Virus record (IMG/VR): IMGVR_UViG_3300027793_000082
Location: 4,959-68,958 of that record
DNA: 64,000 nt
Source of the DNA: a virus
Direction: 5' to 3' (one strand)
The stretch's first letter is position 1, and each line of letters opens with the position of its first letter. Shown here in pieces: positions 37,935-48,715 of the stretch. The notes under the pieces were generated by a model. The model saw only the letters and a program-made list of their open reading frames with translations. It did no database searches and was not told the origin of the DNA. Both the position numbers and the translations under genes were made by a program.

Positions 37935-40261
37935 TGCCTACACCTCTTGTTACTAATCATTACCTTCGACAGATCTTGCGTGACTTAGCCCTGAAAGGGT
38001 TAAATTTTAGCCCTGAAGACAATGTCTTGAATTATCACGACAGATACACGTATCATTTACAATTAGTCTTGGTTAACGATAGAGAAGCCGAGGAAGATGA
38101 TATTGATACAAAGTTGTTGAATAACGACGTTCGGTATATTGTAATTGCAGAAAGTGGGGTTACTGCTGGTTTCAACATCGTGGAATGTGAAATCAAGGAT
38201 GCTGTAAGTCACAATTTTAAAACCAAAAATGCTGCCTCAGTAGAGGTTGATATGGTAATAGCTGAGCCTTATAACATGAGCCTTCCTGATAAAATGTTTG
38301 AAAGTAGCCGTCAAATTGGAGTTTTGAATTGGAGGTTAGCTCCTATATTTCTGATTTTGTGGTTTGACTTCTATGATGCTGATGGCAATCTAGTACCTTC
38401 ATCACAAAATACATTTTATAAGGTTTACAAACTTAATATAGTTGACTTAACAAACACGCTTACAGCCGCAGGAACAATTTATCGTTTGAAAGCGGCTGTT
38501 AACAATAACATGGGTTTTAAAAACACCTTTTATGTCTTACCACAAACTTACACAATAACCCTGGGTGGTGGTAGTCAAGTAAGAACTGTCCAAAACATTG
38601 GTGGAGTTCAATTACCTGGGCAAGGCATAATTAATTTTGATAAAACTGTTGGTGAATTTTTTCAAAAATTGGAGAATGAACTTAACGACTTTTATATTGG
38701 CTTACGGAGAAGCCAACAACCACAAGATCAACAAACGCAAGTTGTGGTTTATCAGTTTTTTATTGCTGATGAATTGAAAAATCAAAAAATCAAATTCAAT
38801 CCAAGAATAAACAATCGTAGGGCAAGTTTCCGGCAAGTGGGTGACAAAATTGAGATCATTGCTGGTCGAGGTATAAGCATTGGTGCCTTGGTAGATGATG
38901 TATGCGCATCTATTGAAGATGTACGCTTTTTTATACCTGATGATCAGTCTGGTATTGTGAGAGTGCCGTGGATTGAATGCGTGGTGAAAAATATTGGATG
39001 GGATTATTTGCGAAATGATTATATTAGGAATTTACAATTTTTCATAAATGTTAAAGAAACTCGTCGCGCTGTGCCTAGTCAAGATTTTGGAAGGATTTTC
39101 CAACTTATAAATGCATTTCACGATGCTAGACTAGCAAGTATCAATACAGATACAAGTAAGCTTCTAAAGAAAGCTTATTTGTATTTTTACACTGGCAATA
39201 ATACAGAAATTATAAATTTAGATGTTCAATTTAATACACTTCATTGGATCCCAACGGCACTGACACAAAACACAGTTTTACCAAGCTCATTCAGTTCAGC
39301 ACGAGCCTCTTTGAGTGAATTGCAGCAGGCGTTGAATATACGGCAACAAGCTCAGCAGCAATGGGATGCTGTACAGCAACAATTATTGGCATTACGAGGA
39401 CAACGGGCAGGGGCATCTTTAGCTGACATTCCCGCCTTAGATCAACAAATTATTGCACTACAGCAACAACTTGCTCAGATAGAACAACAGGATGCTGCGG
39501 CACAACGAGTTCTTGCACAAGGATCATTAGTAGTGTTTGACCCTGTGATGGCGGAATCATTAGAAAATTTATATCAGCCTTTTGGGCAACTTGTTGCGCC
39601 TGTTACTGATTTAAGAGCTCAGCTTGAAAGAGAACGAACCGCAGCTCAAAGACGCAGAGCTCCTATTGAATTCACTGAAGATGAATTCAGCGTGAATAAC
39701 AGGTCCATGCCAGCTCAGCTCACATATATTTCTGATCCCCGAGACCTAGTTAACACAGTGCGTCCACAAAACACTTCAGACTCTGATGTGCGACAAATGT
39801 ATTCAAGTGTAACTCAACAAATTTATGCTAGAATGCAAGATATGGTTAACATCACTATGGAAATACGAGGGGACCCATATTGGTTAGGAGCGTCAAACTT
39901 AGAGCGAGATAGGCAGCTTTTATCCGGAATACCAGGATATAGGGGAGCAGCAGGCACACCTGGTACACCTGCTACACCTGTTAATGATGAGTTTGCAGTT
40001 TACCAACCGTACGATGCATTTTTTCTGCTAGCTTTCCGTGCTGGTACTATTCCTGACGAAACTACAGGATTTATGAATCTGCGTGATGACGTTGATTTTT
40101 TCAATGCACTCTATATGATGGTACAAGTAACACATATATTCAAAGAAGGCAAATTTACCCAAAGATGTGAAGCAACGCGAGATCCATTGAGTAATTTGGG
40201 AGACTCAAGAACAGAAATTGGTACTGTGCCACCAGTTTTGAGAACAGGTATAAATCAATAA
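37934..40261 (+). CDS. baseplate hub protein (gp27/gpD-like) with Q-rich coiled insertion
   Basis: IRGDPYWL, Y....VTHIF.EGKFTQ; between gp53-like and gp5-like genes. Confidence 0.65.
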   Translation: MPTPLVTNHYLRQILRDLALKGLNFSPEDNVLNYHDRYTYHLQLVLVNDREAEEDDIDTKLLNNDVRYIVIAESGVTAGFNIVECEIKDAVSHNFKTKNAASVEVDMVIAEPYNMSLPDKMFESSRQIGVLNWRLAPIFLILWFDFYDADGNLVPSSQNTFYKVYKLNIVDLTNTLTAAGTIYRLKAAVNNNMGFKNTFYVLPQTYTITLGGGSQVRTVQNIGGVQLPGQGIINFDKTVGEFFQKLENELNDFYIGLRRSQQPQDQQTQVVVYQFFIADELKNQKIKFNPRINNRRASFRQVGDKIEIIAGRGISIGALVDDVCASIEDVRFFIPDDQSGIVRVPWIECVVKNIGWDYLRNDYIRNLQFFINVKETRRAVPSQDFGRIFQLINAFHDARLASINTDTSKLLKKAYLYFYTGNNTEIINLDVQFNTLHWIPTALTQNTVLPSSFSSARASLSELQQALNIRQQAQQQWDAVQQQLLALRGQRAGASLADIPALDQQIIALQQQLAQIEQQDAAAQRVLAQGSLVVFDPVMAESLENLYQPFGQLVAPVTDLRAQLERERTAAQRRRAPIEFTEDEFSVNNRSMPAQLTYISDPRDLVNTVRPQNTSDSDVRQMYSSVTQQIYARMQDMVNITMEIRGDPYWLGASNLERDRQLLSGIPGYRGAAGTPGTPATPVNDEFAVYQPYDAFFLLAFRAGTIPDETTGFMNLRDDVDFFNALYMMVQVTHIFKEGKFTQRCEATRDPLSNLGDSRTEIGTVPPVLRTGINQ

Positions 40262-40276
40262 TTTGAGCATCTATAA

Positions 40277-43042
40277 ATGGCAACATTAAGACAGACAGTA
40301 AATTTACCTGGTGCATATGAATTAGAGCCTGGGGGTTTACGTGCTACCTGGGATAAAATTTATCTTGGCTTGGTACGCGATGTAAATGATGCTCGCAATA
40401 TGGGACGCATTCGCGTTTGGATTCCAGAACTAGGTGGGGCTATTGACAACGAAGCAACTTGGATAATTTGTGATTATGCTAGCCCATTTGCCGGCGCATC
40501 AAACATTGCTGATATTAACCTGAATCCCACAAGTTCACAAACAGACTATGGTATGACATTTATACCACCTGATCTCAATAATCAAGTGCTAGTGTGTTTT
40601 ATAAATGGTGATCCCAGTCGCGGCGTTTGGTTTGGATGTTTGTTCCAAGTTGACCGCAACTTTATGACACCCAGCACGCCTGCTCAAAGTCCATCAAAAC
40701 AAGACAGGAATCCTCTGACTGGAGGGCAACCTATATTTCAAGCCAGTTTTGAAGCTGCTCAAGAAGCTGGTGTTCCAGAACTTCCTGTAAGTCAAGGTGG
40801 CCCAGCACCCAGAGGGATGCAGCAAGGCATTCGCACAATGGGTATTCGCACGCCTTATGGCCATAGCTTGGTAATGGACGACACGCCCACTGATGCATTT
40901 GTTCGCCTCCAAACTCGTGGTTTGGCACAAATTGTTATCCATGACACCCAGGACAGGATCATTATCAACACCGGGCCCAATAGAGCCCGCATTGAGATGG
41001 ACAAAGAAGGCAACATTGATATTTTTGGACAAAAAAGTGTCAGTGTAAGTGCCGGCCAAGACATCAACTTGCATGCAGACAGAGATGTGAATATTGAAGC
41101 TGGTGGCAGCATCAAAATGCGCAGCATTGACGAAACAAGGATGTATAGCAAGAAGCCTTTCAACATCAGCAGCGGTGGTGATGTTTTGGTTTTCAGCCAA
41201 GGCAATGCACACATTGTGAGCAACAGCAACATCTACAACACGGCTGTGGGCAGCTTGCAATACAGAAGCAACTATGGTATTTTTCTCACTAGTCAAGAAA
41301 ACAACATTGACATCAAAAACTTAACTGGCAATATTCGCTTGTTTGCTGGAGGCAATGTTGATGCCAGTAGTGCTAGTGACATAAGGCTGCGAAGCATAAA
41401 CGGAGCCTTGAGTTTGTTTGGTGAGGCCGATGTTAAAGTCAAGAGCAACAGCACTTTGAATTTAGTTGGAGGAGCTGATGTCAAAGTTCAAGGCAACGGA
41501 TCGGTAAACCTGCGCTCAGGAGCAGGCAACGTTAACACAGGACCAAAAACTGAACTCAATGTGGCCAATTTACCTGATGCAGCCAGTCCCACAAGTCCAG
41601 ATAGGCCTTTGACTGCTGTTCCAGGTGTAGTTGCGTTGGCACCTGACATCAGAACCGAAGAACGGATGCAACTTCAAAACGTTGTGAGTCCTGGACGCAG
41701 TGTGCAGATTGTTCAAACCATTGTGAGTAGACTGCCTGGTGCAGATCCTTGGAGACAGCGCAGTGTTGCAGGGCCTGGATACTCCAATACTGGGTTGGTA
41801 CAGAGAAAAGACGCTCCTCCTGAAAGCACTTACAGAGTTGGGCAAGTGAGTCCTGCACAAGACAAACCTTTGCAAGTGTATGGTGTATTGAATGGCCAAA
41901 CTGGATTGCACATTGGAGAAAGCTGGGATGAAAGTGGACAACCACAATACACTTTCAAACAGTTGGGGCCAAGAGTGTTGCTGCCTTCCACAGAATGGAC
42001 AGTTAACAACCGAGGTATTCAACAAATAATTGATCACGAAGGATTGGGCGGTAACTTGATTGGCAAACCCTTTGACGACGCTTGTAAAAGTGGTCAGAAA
42101 CTCATAGGCTATGGCCACTTGCTTACAAGTCAAGAACTACAAAACAATACTGTGACTTTGAACGCCACAGATGATTCAGGAACACAAATCAGCACCACAT
42201 TGAACGTTAGTGAAGGCATCAGTGAAAGCAATATGAAAACATTGCTGAAAACTGACATCAAAAAAGTTGAAGGCAAAATTCACAGCAGCATTGGAAGCAA
42301 CTTACTAACACAAGATCAGTTCAATAGCCTTGCTGACTTCATTTACAACGTTGGCTTGGACAATTTTGACAAAAGCGGTATAGCAGGCCTTATAGGTGGC
42401 GGAAATTACAACAAAGTGCCAAACGAGATGATACGTTGGATTTTGGCGTGCAACAACGAAGAAAAGTTTGAACTCAAGACTCGCCGACTCAACAATGCAT
42501 TTTTGTTCAGTGGCCAAGCTCGTCCAGACGCTGATTTCAGTGCCACAGCCAGTGGCGCAGGCAAAAGTTTTGATCCCAATCAAGCCAAGAAAGCTTGGTG
42601 CTATTTGATCAGAAAAGGATATCAGCCCGAGCATGTGGCTGGTTTGTTGGGCAATTTCACTATTGAAAGTGCATTGAATCCTCGAGTAGATAGTAATCCC
42701 ACTTTCAAAGGTTTGGCTCAATGGAATTCAGACAGGTTTAAAAACATGCCGCAAGCAATTGGTTTGAGTTGGCCGCAACTGAAAACGCTGTCAAATGAAA
42801 CAGCTTTGGAAAAAAGCTTGGATTTTGTGGATTGGGAATTCAAGAACACTCATCGTTCAGCCTATTCAAAAATGCTTGCAACAAATAGTCCAGAATCAGC
42901 CGCTAGAGCAGTGAATGAATATTATGAAATCAGTTCATCAGGACTGCTGGGGCGTCAAGGCACTATCACACCAGAAGCACAAAGCCGATTCAACACTGCC
43001 AAAACCATTTATGATCAGTTGAATGGAACCCAGTGCGGCTAA
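40277..43042 (+). CDS. baseplate spike (T4 gp5-like) with GH24-like lysozyme and a second C-terminal tail-lysozyme-like domain
   Basis: GRIRVWIP OB-fold, beta-helix repeats, HEG...IGYGH...QFNSLADFIYNVG, AGLLGNFTIES...GLAQW. Confidence 0.85.
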   Translation: MATLRQTVNLPGAYELEPGGLRATWDKIYLGLVRDVNDARNMGRIRVWIPELGGAIDNEATWIICDYASPFAGASNIADINLNPTSSQTDYGMTFIPPDLNNQVLVCFINGDPSRGVWFGCLFQVDRNFMTPSTPAQSPSKQDRNPLTGGQPIFQASFEAAQEAGVPELPVSQGGPAPRGMQQGIRTMGIRTPYGHSLVMDDTPTDAFVRLQTRGLAQIVIHDTQDRIIINTGPNRARIEMDKEGNIDIFGQKSVSVSAGQDINLHADRDVNIEAGGSIKMRSIDETRMYSKKPFNISSGGDVLVFSQGNAHIVSNSNIYNTAVGSLQYRSNYGIFLTSQENNIDIKNLTGNIRLFAGGNVDASSASDIRLRSINGALSLFGEADVKVKSNSTLNLVGGADVKVQGNGSVNLRSGAGNVNTGPKTELNVANLPDAASPTSPDRPLTAVPGVVALAPDIRTEERMQLQNVVSPGRSVQIVQTIVSRLPGADPWRQRSVAGPGYSNTGLVQRKDAPPESTYRVGQVSPAQDKPLQVYGVLNGQTGLHIGESWDESGQPQYTFKQLGPRVLLPSTEWTVNNRGIQQIIDHEGLGGNLIGKPFDDACKSGQKLIGYGHLLTSQELQNNTVTLNATDDSGTQISTTLNVSEGISESNMKTLLKTDIKKVEGKIHSSIGSNLLTQDQFNSLADFIYNVGLDNFDKSGIAGLIGGGNYNKVPNEMIRWILACNNEEKFELKTRRLNNAFLFSGQARPDADFSATASGAGKSFDPNQAKKAWCYLIRKGYQPEHVAGLLGNFTIESALNPRVDSNPTFKGLAQWNSDRFKNMPQAIGLSWPQLKTLSNETALEKSLDFVDWEFKNTHRSAYSKMLATNSPESAARAVNEYYEISSSGLLGRQGTITPEAQSRFNTAKTIYDQLNGTQCG

Positions 43043-44262
43043 GTTTGTTGCACTGAGATACCAGGCGGAATCAAGTTACTCACAGCACTTCCCAAGCCCA
43101 AAATAGGGCTGAATGCCAACCCAATAAATGTGCAAAATGTGAAGGGAATATATTTCAACAACTCTTTCAACAGAGGAACAAATTTCAAAATAGCTTGAAA
43201 AAACCCCCTTACCAGCTTCATCCACAGTTCCAATATCAGCGTGGGAATTTGTTCAAACAATTCTTTAACAGCTTGCATTATGCTGTTGAATCTGGTTTCC
43301 TTGCTCACAAGATTCTTTTCTTGAGGATTATCAGAGATTTTCAAAAGTTGTTTGACTTTTGTGGGAAAAGGCCAAGCTATGAATTTCAACAAAGGACCAA
43401 ATGTTTTGTCCAGGAAGTTTTTGATATCAAACTCCAGGAAAAAGTCAATCATTTTTTGCATTTTTTCATTGGCACTGATGGCTAGGTCTTTTATGGGTTG
43501 CCAAACGCTATTGAAAATTTCTTCGAAGTTCAAGGACACCAAATTGGGAATATCAGGCAAACGAAGTGCTTGCCAAATTTTCCTTATGGGTTCAGTCAAG
43601 GCGCGCAACAACCGGAAACCTCTTTGAATTACGCTCAATAATCCTTTGTGAAACTCACTCCAAACTCTGCTGATGATGCTTTGTTTCTGCATCTCTTCGC
43701 TTTTCAAACCCAGTGTGCCATCAAAAGTGTCTTTCCACGGGCTGCCCAAGGCTCGGGCAATTTGATCTTTCCGTGCACCAATAGCAGCTCTGATCTTGGC
43801 TCTGCCTTCAGCACTCAACAAATCCCTTACAGTGAGATTGGGCAAAAATGGCAAAGGGATGTTCAAAAAGTTGAGATTGGGAATAATTTTTCCCAAAATG
43901 TCCAATATTTTCAGTTCCAGATACAGTTTGAAGTCATTGAACAATGCACGGAGTCGCACACCCATTTCCTGCTCTGGTACTTTGAGTTTGGGTCCATACA
44001 CAGGATTGTCAACACTGCCCAAGGATGTACCAAATGTTTTGTCAAACAGTTTCAGTAAATTGTCAATGGCGTCAGAAATTTGTTTGGCAGTGGCAGTGAC
44101 CTTGCATTGTGCTATTTGTGCCAGTTGACCAGGCAAGCTGCCCAATCCCCTACCAAATTCGTCCAAGTTGCTGAAGTTGGGCAACACACTGTCTGTGCAT
44201 TCAAATCGGGGGAATTTAACAACAGGCGTCACGCCTTCACACGGGTCTATTGGAGGGGTCAT
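43039..44262 (-). CDS. hypothetical late protein
   Basis: 407-aa ORF, TAAATA at 44268-44273, amphipathic L/I/P-rich. Confidence 0.7.
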   Translation of the reverse strand: MTPPIDPCEGVTPVVKFPRFECTDSVLPNFSNLDEFGRGLGSLPGQLAQIAQCKVTATAKQISDAIDNLLKLFDKTFGTSLGSVDNPVYGPKLKVPEQEMGVRLRALFNDFKLYLELKILDILGKIIPNLNFLNIPLPFLPNLTVRDLLSAEGRAKIRAAIGARKDQIARALGSPWKDTFDGTLGLKSEEMQKQSIISRVWSEFHKGLLSVIQRGFRLLRALTEPIRKIWQALRLPDIPNLVSLNFEEIFNSVWQPIKDLAISANEKMQKMIDFFLEFDIKNFLDKTFGPLLKFIAWPFPTKVKQLLKISDNPQEKNLVSKETRFNSIMQAVKELFEQIPTLILELWMKLVRGFFQAILKFVPLLKELLKYIPFTFCTFIGLAFSPILGLGSAVSNLIPPGISVQQT

Positions 44263-44310
44263 AAAACTATTTAAATTGACAAGAGGAGGGAGATAAAATT
44301 AAAAAACGGT

Positions 44311-44994
44311 ATGAATTTCAACACATGGCTAGTAACCAGCACAATCAATACCAAATTCTCTGTTTGGTCACCAAAACAACGACTGGATCAAACAGTCAAC
44401 ACCCTTAAAAGCATCAAGGACAAGGACCCTACCTCCAAAATAATTTTTGTAGATAACAGTATTGATCCCTTGGACACTACCCAACGCAATCAGTTACAAC
44501 CTTTTGTAACCCTCTTTCATCAATGCAAACATAATGTATTTTCAATTGTGTGTAATACAACTGATTTCAACAAAGGAGCAGGCGAAATTTTGATGACTGA
44601 AGTGGGTCTTGATCTTGCACAAACAAACAATCTCATGGGTAAACGACTGTTCAAAATGTGCGGCCGGTATATCTTATCTTATAAATTTGATGTAAGTGTG
44701 TATGAGACTCCTCTTTGGCACGAAAAATATGTTTATAAAAACACTTATTGGGAGTATGAAAGCCAAAATGAAAAAACAGTGAAACAATTTCTTGAAACCA
44801 AATTATGGAGCATGTGCAACACTCTTGTTCCTGAATACAAATCATTGTTGCCTGCAATTTTGGAATATATGCTCCGCAACAAGGAAAATATTGAAGTGGC
44901 CACAAATGCCCTGTTGCCAATGGAAAAAAGGGCTATTGTGGATTCATTACATGTGTATGGCTGGTATGCCACGGGGCTATATGTTGAGGCCTAA
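44311..44994 (+). CDS. glycosyltransferase-like hypothetical protein
   Basis: VTSTI..RL.QT..TL.SI, IIFVDNS, KGAGE, RLFKMCGRY. Confidence 0.5.
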   Translation: MNFNTWLVTSTINTKFSVWSPKQRLDQTVNTLKSIKDKDPTSKIIFVDNSIDPLDTTQRNQLQPFVTLFHQCKHNVFSIVCNTTDFNKGAGEILMTEVGLDLAQTNNLMGKRLFKMCGRYILSYKFDVSVYETPLWHEKYVYKNTYWEYESQNEKTVKQFLETKLWSMCNTLVPEYKSLLPAILEYMLRNKENIEVATNALLPMEKRAIVDSLHVYGWYATGLYVEA

Positions 44995-44995
44995 G

Positions 44996-45661
44996 CTAGA
45001 AGTCACAAATTTTTTTCACCTGGTTCAGATAAAAATACTTGCATAGCCAAGTTTGAACATAACTGTGTTCCTTGCAGGTCAAAAACTCACAAGGTTGACT
45101 GGGCCCCCAATCCCTAGGAACACAAGTGTTAGGCAATCTCTGATACATCTCAGTGGGATTTTCACTGTTGGGCCAACCAACCCATTTTTCATGAAAGTAG
45201 CTGACCCCTGGATATTGCCCAGTGGGTGCCCAACTGCTGGGCGCCCAATGGTGCTCCGCCTCCTGGGTGATGTAGCATGCCAGATTTGACCCCACTAAGC
45301 GCAAGACAAAGTCATCGTCCTCAAAGCCACCTGGAAACTTTTCATCCAAGCAGCCAATCCTACGAAACAGTTCCTTTTTGAAGCCAAAGAACCGGAAATC
45401 ATACAGGGCAACAAAAGCATACCCCTTATCCAGCTTTTGAAGCATTAATTCAATATTTTGATCTGTAGGCGCAACTTTGTTACAAAGCACTATAGTGGTC
45501 TCTGTGGGGCTTTGGTGCACACAGTCATTCACAAGCCGGGAAAAGCTGGGATAATTGGCTCCGTTGAACCAGTGCACTGTATTGTGCTTCAGCTTGCTGA
45601 GGGCAAGCTCCATGTCGCTTTCTCGATGAGAAATCAACCAAATGCTATAACTGGAATTCAT
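44996..45661 (-). CDS. GT2-like glycosyltransferase
   Basis: KELFRRIGCLDEKFPGGFEDDDF. Confidence 0.65.
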   Translation of the reverse strand: MNSSYSIWLISHRESDMELALSKLKHNTVHWFNGANYPSFSRLVNDCVHQSPTETTIVLCNKVAPTDQNIELMLQKLDKGYAFVALYDFRFFGFKKELFRRIGCLDEKFPGGFEDDDFVLRLVGSNLACYITQEAEHHWAPSSWAPTGQYPGVSYFHEKWVGWPNSENPTEMYQRLPNTCVPRDWGPSQPCEFLTCKEHSYVQTWLCKYFYLNQVKKICDF

Positions 45662-45703
45662 ACCCAAAATTATTACAAAACCAGGAGGCTGTCAATATGC
45701 CCG

Positions 45704-45955
45704 TCAATCACCCCACACTAAGGAAAACAAAGCTGCGTCCTCCTCACGCTCAAAAATCAGCTGGAATCTAGAGGGCTCTTGGCGGCTGCTCCACCGGACC
45801 CAGTATAGCCCGCCAGGAGTGGATTTCAACCAACACCAACGACGTTCTCCCAGTATGTCTAGCAAGCTGGGGCGAGCAACAGGGTTGTGGGCCAAGATTC
45901 TGATCACGTGCCATGTAGTGTAGTCCACTCCCCAGGAGGGGTTAACCCGCTGCAC
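45704..45955 (-). CDS. hypothetical protein
   Basis: C-terminal FEREEDAALFSLVW motif typical of small phage proteins. Confidence 0.55.
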   Translation of the reverse strand: MQRVNPSWGVDYTTWHVIRILAHNPVARPSLLDILGERRWCWLKSTPGGLYWVRWSSRQEPSRFQLIFEREEDAALFSLVWGD

Positions 45956-47549
45956 GCAGGTCTACCGTGTTCACTACAGCCCCACCATCCAGCCCTGCAT
46001 CCAGCACTTGCCCCTTGCTGAACAGCATGTCTGCCATCAGCTCCTCGATGGTGTTTTCCGCCACCAGGTTGTAAATCGTGACCTGATCTGCATCCTGGCC
46101 GATCCGGTGCACTCGGTCGGCCGCCTGATGCAGCTCTCCTGGGCTCCACGGGGTCTGCACAAACGCCACAGCACGTGCCGCCGTAAGGGTAAGCCCAAAA
46201 CCACCAGCTGTGATGCCCACCAGGATCACCCGAGTGTTGGGGTCCTTCTGAAACCTCTCCACAGCCTCAACACGCTCCTCGTTGCTGACGCCACCAAAGA
46301 TCACACCAACCTTTCCGCCCCACTCCTGGTCCGCTTCCAGCGCACCCCGGATGTGGTCAATAACCGCCCGGTTGTGTGCGAACACCACCAGCTTCTCACC
46401 GTTCTCCGTGTAGTCTCGAATCCACTCCACCGTGCTGGCGAGCTTGCTCAGTGCAGCCACCTCACGCAGCTTCTGGATGGCAACAATGCGCTCATCGCTC
46501 TTGGGAGCGTTGGCGCCCATCTGGATCATAGCCTCAAGCCCGCCCTTCCAGTCCAGCCCCTGGAACGCCCGCTCCACACGGTCGTACTCCGCACGCTCAA
46601 ACTCTAGTGGGATCACCCGATACACCTTGGGCGGCAGCTCCTTCAGCACGTCCTGCTTGAGGCGGCGCAGCATGAGGTGCTGGGTCAGGAGCTGGTGCAG
46701 CTCGCTCATGTTCGAGCTACCAGAGAAGTTCCAACCATGTCCGTTGTTCACCGGATTGCAGAAGCGCCACGCAAACTTGGTCCAAGTGCTGAACTGGGGC
46801 ACATAGCTGGCCAAGCTCCGCACCGTAGTCCACAGCTCTGCGGGACGGTTCACCATCGGCGTGCCGCTCATCAGCACCACACGAGGCACGGGCTTGCCAA
46901 CCTTCCTAGTGACTCGCTTGCCGCCCGGCAGCTTCTCCTCCACCTCACCAGTGGCCAACCTCAGGAACGCCTGAGTGCGGCGTGCATCGGGATTCTTGAT
47001 CTTGTGGCTCTCGTCCAGCACCAGGAGCTTGAGCCCCAGCTCCTCCATTGCCTCAACGTTGGCAGAGAGAATGTCGTAGTTCACAAGGTAGATGTCGCAG
47101 CCCGGAGTGGGCGTCTTGCTGTAGATGACGTTGGGATGACGCTGCGCCCTAAGCGCCGTCTGCCTCTTGCCGTAGCTGTGGCCCACCACGTTCACACGAT
47201 ACTGGGAACCAGTCATTGCGATGATCTCGTTCCGCCAGTTCAGCTTAAGGGTGTTTGGCAGTGTGACACACATCGGGAACAGCTGGTTCTTGTGGGCATA
47301 GGCCGTAATCTGAACCGTCTTTCCTGTCCCTTGCTCGTCAGCCAGCAGGCCCGTTCCCAGCTGGCTCTCCAACCACGCAACACCCTCCGCCTGATACGGC
47401 TTAAGCGTGAAGTTGAACCCAGGCAGCCAAGTCTCCCGAGGAATGGCGTCAAACAGCTGGCTTACCCTAGGATCAATCTTGAGGTTGTGCTTCACGCTCA
47501 AGCGGGTCAGCTTGCGAGCCATCTCAACAGTAGCGGGCACAGTCAGCAC
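45942..47549 (-). CDS. SNF2/SMARCAL1-like helicase
   Basis: LLADEQGTGKT, DESH, SGTP, LRRLK, QAADRVHRIGQ; GTG start after AGGAG. Confidence 0.93.
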   Translation of the reverse strand: MLTVPATVEMARKLTRLSVKHNLKIDPRVSQLFDAIPRETWLPGFNFTLKPYQAEGVAWLESQLGTGLLADEQGTGKTVQITAYAHKNQLFPMCVTLPNTLKLNWRNEIIAMTGSQYRVNVVGHSYGKRQTALRAQRHPNVIYSKTPTPGCDIYLVNYDILSANVEAMEELGLKLLVLDESHKIKNPDARRTQAFLRLATGEVEEKLPGGKRVTRKVGKPVPRVVLMSGTPMVNRPAELWTTVRSLASYVPQFSTWTKFAWRFCNPVNNGHGWNFSGSSNMSELHQLLTQHLMLRRLKQDVLKELPPKVYRVIPLEFERAEYDRVERAFQGLDWKGGLEAMIQMGANAPKSDERIVAIQKLREVAALSKLASTVEWIRDYTENGEKLVVFAHNRAVIDHIRGALEADQEWGGKVGVIFGGVSNEERVEAVERFQKDPNTRVILVGITAGGFGLTLTAARAVAFVQTPWSPGELHQAADRVHRIGQDADQVTIYNLVAENTIEELMADMLFSKGQVLDAGLDGGAVVNTVDLRAAG

Positions 47550-47573
47550 ATCAGCTCTCCTACCTACCAACGC

Positions 47574-47601
47574 AATTTAGCAGGTTTGATAGGATGGTCA
47601 A
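47574..47601 (-). promoter_or_regulatory. early promoter TTGACC-N16-TAAATT
   Basis: Matches the repeated promoter family. Confidence 0.6.
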
Positions 47602-47610
47602 GCCCTAAAT

Positions 47611-47808
47611 CTACAGATGCACATGATGTGTGAACAAAATCTGCTCTCGCTGATGTGGGTTGAGGTAGAGTTGGGCAAAGTAAGTGGCCTTGTGCCCACG
47701 TTGCGTCATCATCTCCACCAGTCGCCTGCTCTCGTGCTCAGAAAGCTTATCAGCCAGCACAGTGCATACTCCGTTGTCATCCTGACGGATAACCATATAC
47801 AGGCTCAT
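47611..47808 (-). CDS. hypothetical protein
   Basis: RQDDNG...RGHK motif; coupled to upstream ORF. Confidence 0.6.
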   Translation of the reverse strand: MSLYMVIRQDDNGVCTVLADKLSEHESRRLVEMMTQRGHKATYFAQLYLNPHQREQILFTHHVHL

Positions 47809-48176
47809 GACTTCAGCGTCTCCTCAACTGATCGCAGCTCTTCGAAGTCCACCTTTTCGCTGTAGTAGCCATTGCTCTCACCCAGCCACCGGAGAGTGAC
47901 AGAGCCCTTGATGGTGGCCAACTCATAAAAGGTCACCGTCTCGTGCCCCCAATCGCTGTTGCCTTCCAGTTGGCGTTCTTCAGCCACAAGGATTGGAGAG
48001 CTAACAAGATCATCAAGGTCACCGATAATCTCCTCGATGCGCACATGCTCACAGCAGTCCTGCCAGTGATACATACGCCACCGCCGACCGCACTCGCTGT
48101 GGAAAATCAGTTGGTCTGGTTCGCGCTCCATCTCGATATGCAGCAGGGTGATGCCCTTAAGATCTTCAACACTCAT
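47805..48176 (-). CDS. conserved phage hypothetical protein
   Basis: H.QDCCE.V, TFY.LATIKG.V.LRWLGESNGYYSE. Confidence 0.75.
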   Translation of the reverse strand: MSVEDLKGITLLHIEMEREPDQLIFHSECGRRWRMYHWQDCCEHVRIEEIIGDLDDLVSSPILVAEERQLEGNSDWGHETVTFYELATIKGSVTLRWLGESNGYYSEKVDFEELRSVEETLKS

Positions 48177-48179
48177 GCT

Positions 48180-48437
48180 CTACCTTTCCATTACCAGTAA
48201 GAAGTGAGTCATATCATCAATAGACTGAAACCAAATTCTCACGTCCACACGTTCTGAGTTGGTACACACCGAAGTGTAAGTCCAGCGAGTGCGCCACCAA
48301 TCATCTGCACCGGGAGTTCCAAAAAGCCTCAGTCCTAATGCAGCATTCTTCCGCCAGGTGGCTAAGGGCAAGTCAAACAGCTCCACCATATGTGGCCACC
48401 TATCAGGATCCTCATTCCAACACTGAATATTGGTCAA
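48180..48437 (-). CDS. hypothetical protein
   Basis: Operon-packed ORF. Confidence 0.55.
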   Translation of the reverse strand: MTNIQCWNEDPDRWPHMVELFDLPLATWRKNAALGLRLFGTPGADDWWRTRWTYTSVCTNSERVDVRIWFQSIDDMTHFLLVMER

Positions 48438-48715
48438 TGCACCGTCTCTGGAAACAGATCATCGTCCTCATCCTGCATCAACAGGTGTAGCTGGTAGAGG
48501 TCGCTGAACTCTGGCCAAATGCTGGTGCAACGCTGGCAGATCTTGTCAGCCCAAGGATTCCCCTCCACGGCTTCGCAAGTCAGCACCGGCGTCTCACACC
48601 GGCCACACCAGCGACGGTTATCATCAAACCATACACCGTGTGGAGTAGGCATATCGGCAAATGCCTCAGCCAACAGGTCTCGATCCAACCAATCAGTGGT
48701 TAGAGTTGAGCTCAT
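48434..48715 (-). CDS. hypothetical Zn-ribbon protein
   Basis: CGRC, CQRC. Confidence 0.55.
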   Translation of the reverse strand: MSSTLTTDWLDRDLLAEAFADMPTPHGVWFDDNRRWCGRCETPVLTCEAVEGNPWADKICQRCTSIWPEFSDLYQLHLLMQDEDDDLFPETVH

